A stretch of DNA of 52,487 bases, taken from positions 1-52,487 of the forward strand of contig NW_026250462.1 of assembly GCF_024521635.1 (NCBI RefSeq), in the 5' to 3' direction. The translations under genes and the position numbers were made by a program. The notes under the pieces are model-generated. The model worked only from the letters and a program-made list of their open reading frames with translations, was not told the origin of the DNA and made no database searches. Numbering within the stretch: position 1 is the stretch's first letter; every line of letters starts with the position of its first letter. Source of the stretch: Tricharina praecox. Its lineage: Eukaryota. Shown here one piece after another: positions 50,499-52,487 of this stretch.

Positions 50499-52487
50499 AT
50501 GTCCTCCTCAAACCTCGACATGCTCCGCCTCGAACTTCCTCAGACCCTGATCTATGCGCTCGTTAGCATCCCGCAAGCATCCGAAACCGTCGAAGTACGA
50601 AACCCGGCAGCCTGGCTCAGGCTGACGAACCACCAATACCAAACGGCACAAAGAGACCTGCGCCAGCTTTACCAAGCATGCGATCAGAAGTTCAACGAAG
50701 AGGACTCCCGAATGCAGGAAATCAGAAGGAACTACGAACAACTCTGCGATGGGGTCAAGTATGTGTACAACCTCTACGCTCACAATGCCGAAATGAATAC
50801 AGAATGGCTTCGAACCGAGCTGTCAACGGTAGCGAACGCAACGCACGCCCTGAGCAGCGACGTATGGGCAGTCATTCGAGAACGTAACCAGAAAGACGAA
50901 GACAACCGCGAGTTGCAAAGCGTCGCAAACGCTCGGCTACAAGACGCCATCGTGTTCCTCGAAACGGCGCAAGTCGAACAACGCAGGGAGCAAGCGGTGT
51001 ACAACCGCAACGTGGAAATTTGGGAAGGGAAACAGGAAGAGAAGGCAGAATACCTCTACAAGGAGCAACAGCGAATCAAGGAAAAAATCGCTCGAGCAGA
51101 GAAAAAATTGAAGGCTGTAGAGGTAAGGACAGGGAAGGCGAAGGAAAAGGCCCCGGAGTGGGTAAACACTACCCCAAGAGGAGGATCGTGGGCAGAAAGG
51201 TCAGCAACAAGGGAAACTCCGGCAGGTGCAGGAATGTCCCCTCCTCCTCCACCCCCAAGACGTCCGGTGACTAACCTTGGAGGTGATCCCTCGGATGAGG
51301 AACCATCGGATGATGACGATTTCATCCCCTTGCCGCGTCGTTCGCCGCCCCGTCACCGACACGCTCCGCTACCAAGAGAAGACGACGAAGACGAAGAGAG
51401 TCGCTTCGCTCAGATCATCGCTGCTGCCGTCTCCGCATCGAACCCGAGGGCCATCAAGCTTAAAATAAAAGAGCCCAAGCCGTTCGATGGCAAGCAAAGA
51501 ACAGCCTTCCGTCCATGGTGGGACTCAGTTGAAGAATATCTTGAGTTCCACCCAGAGACAAACGAGCAGCAGAAGATAGCGGGCGTGGGATCCCGACTGG
51601 AAGGGACAGCGGCAGCATGGCATCAGGCCCGTCGAAAAAGCCTGAGGCAGCTACACTTGGAAGATACCTGGCAGGCGTACCAAGAGGCACTCAAGGAGGC
51701 GTACCGCGACACGCAGGAAGGAGCGAACGCATTAAGAAGGATGCGGGCCCTCGAATACAAAGGAGACATTCAGGCTTACATGACCTCCTTCCGATCGCTC
51801 AACATGATCGCTCGCGCCACCGGCGAACCGCTACAAGACATAGTCAACCAGGCCATGACTACCGACATCGTCGATATGTGCTTCAACCAGCACACCGAAC
51901 CCTACGAAGACGATGAAGACTTCCTGGAAACGGTGCTCAGGGCTGGCAACCATGTGGAACGACGGGACGCGCTGAAGAATGCAAGGGCAATGAGGAAAGG
52001 GGGATCGGGTAGCCAGGGTTCCGGCGGCGACCGGAAGGGACCTGGCAACGGCCGGCAGGGCCAAGGAAAGGGAAGAGACCCCGGGGGCCGCAAGGAAAGC
52101 GGGGAGTCCCCGGAGGGCCGAAAGGCCAAGGAAGCAACAGGAGTCAGGAAGGGAAGGACAAGGGAAGGGGACATCTACGCAGGAGCAAAGGAGGCTCTGG
52201 TAGGGGTTCCCCAGAAGGAGATCGATGCCCACAAAGCATCCAAGTGCGACTGTTGGCGTTGCGGACGAGACGGCCACCGAACCTTCCAATGCTACGCCAG
52301 AAAAACAGTCGCGGGTACCGAACTCCCCAAGAGTCCAAAGGTGTCATCCGTGACAAAGAGAAAGCGGGACACCCAGGATGCCGAACCCACTCGACCGAGG
52401 TCCAAGCAACACAAGGCTGCGGCGGTTGTGGTGGAGGATGAAGCAATGACGGAGGCCCCTCCATTCTGGGAAGGGAATGAGAGTGAG
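50499..52487 (+). CDS. Gag of copy F (open to window end)
   Basis: ATG 50499 MSSSNLDMLRLELP; no stop seen; CWRCGRDGHRTFQC knuckle; absent from ORF track because stop lies outside the window. Confidence 0.88.
   Translation, partial: MSSSNLDMLRLELPQTLIYALVSIPQASETVEVRNPAAWLRLTNHQYQTAQRDLRQLYQACDQKFNEEDSRMQEIRRNYEQLCDGVKYVYNLYAHNAEMNTEWLRTELSTVANATHALSSDVWAVIRERNQKDEDNRELQSVANARLQDAIVFLETAQVEQRREQAVYNRNVEIWEGKQEEKAEYLYKEQQRIKEKIARAEKKLKAVEVRTGKAKEKAPEWVNTTPRGGSWAERSATRETPAGAGMSPPPPPPRRPVTNLGGDPSDEEPSDDDDFIPLPRRSPPRHRHAPLPREDDEDEESRFAQIIAAAVSASNPRAIKLKIKEPKPFDGKQRTAFRPWWDSVEEYLEFHPETNEQQKIAGVGSRLEGTAAAWHQARRKSLRQLHLEDTWQAYQEALKEAYRDTQEGANALRRMRALEYKGDIQAYMTSFRSLNMIARATGEPLQDIVNQAMTTDIVDMCFNQHTEPYEDDEDFLETVLRAGNHVERRDALKNARAMRKGGSGSQGSGGDRKGPGNGRQGQGKGRDPGGRKESGESPEGRKAKEATGVRKGRTREGDIYAGAKEALVGVPQKEIDAHKASKCDCWRCGRDGHRTFQCYARKTVAGTELPKSPKVSSVTKRKRDTQDAEPTRPRSKQHKAAAVVVEDEAMTEAPPFWEGNESE

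Larger units (their letters stand above)
49770..52487 (+). mobile_element. Ty3/Gypsy copy F (5' LTR 49770-50459 and gag), runs off window
   Basis: TGTGACA...CTCACA LTR, reverse-complement match to copy D. Confidence 0.97.

Overview
Fungal (Pezizomycotina, probably Pezizomycete-like; inferred from intron signals and gene content) genomic window. A gene-containing core (~7.6-39.8 kb) is flanked by two nests of Ty3/Gypsy chromovirus LTR retrotransposons. Left nest (1-7082): copy A (+) sits in the gag of an older relative C (-); A is interrupted by copy B (-), whose 3' LTR carries a 406-bp TRIM-like mini LTR element with a 5-bp TSD. Right nest (~40.9 kb-end): full-length degenerate copy D (-, TSD CAGGC) and copy F (+, open gag) are inserted back-to-back into a different, deleted Gypsy E. 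Core: NB-ARC/TPR NLR pseudogene with an Asn-rich amyloid-like exon, a non-autonomous Helitron-like element carrying a Myb/SANT-like ORF, a motif-degenerate long-chain acyl-CoA synthetase homolog, STEEP1-like, MTP18-like, SAM methyltransferase, secreted FAD/BBE oxidase, phospholipase D, a vWA protein and two hypotheticals. Most notable: the mini LTR element appears to combine Tf1-type self-priming with a split tRNA-derived Pol III promoter (A box in the LTR, tRNA 3' half with B box after the PBS). All alignments were done by eye; no searches were run.
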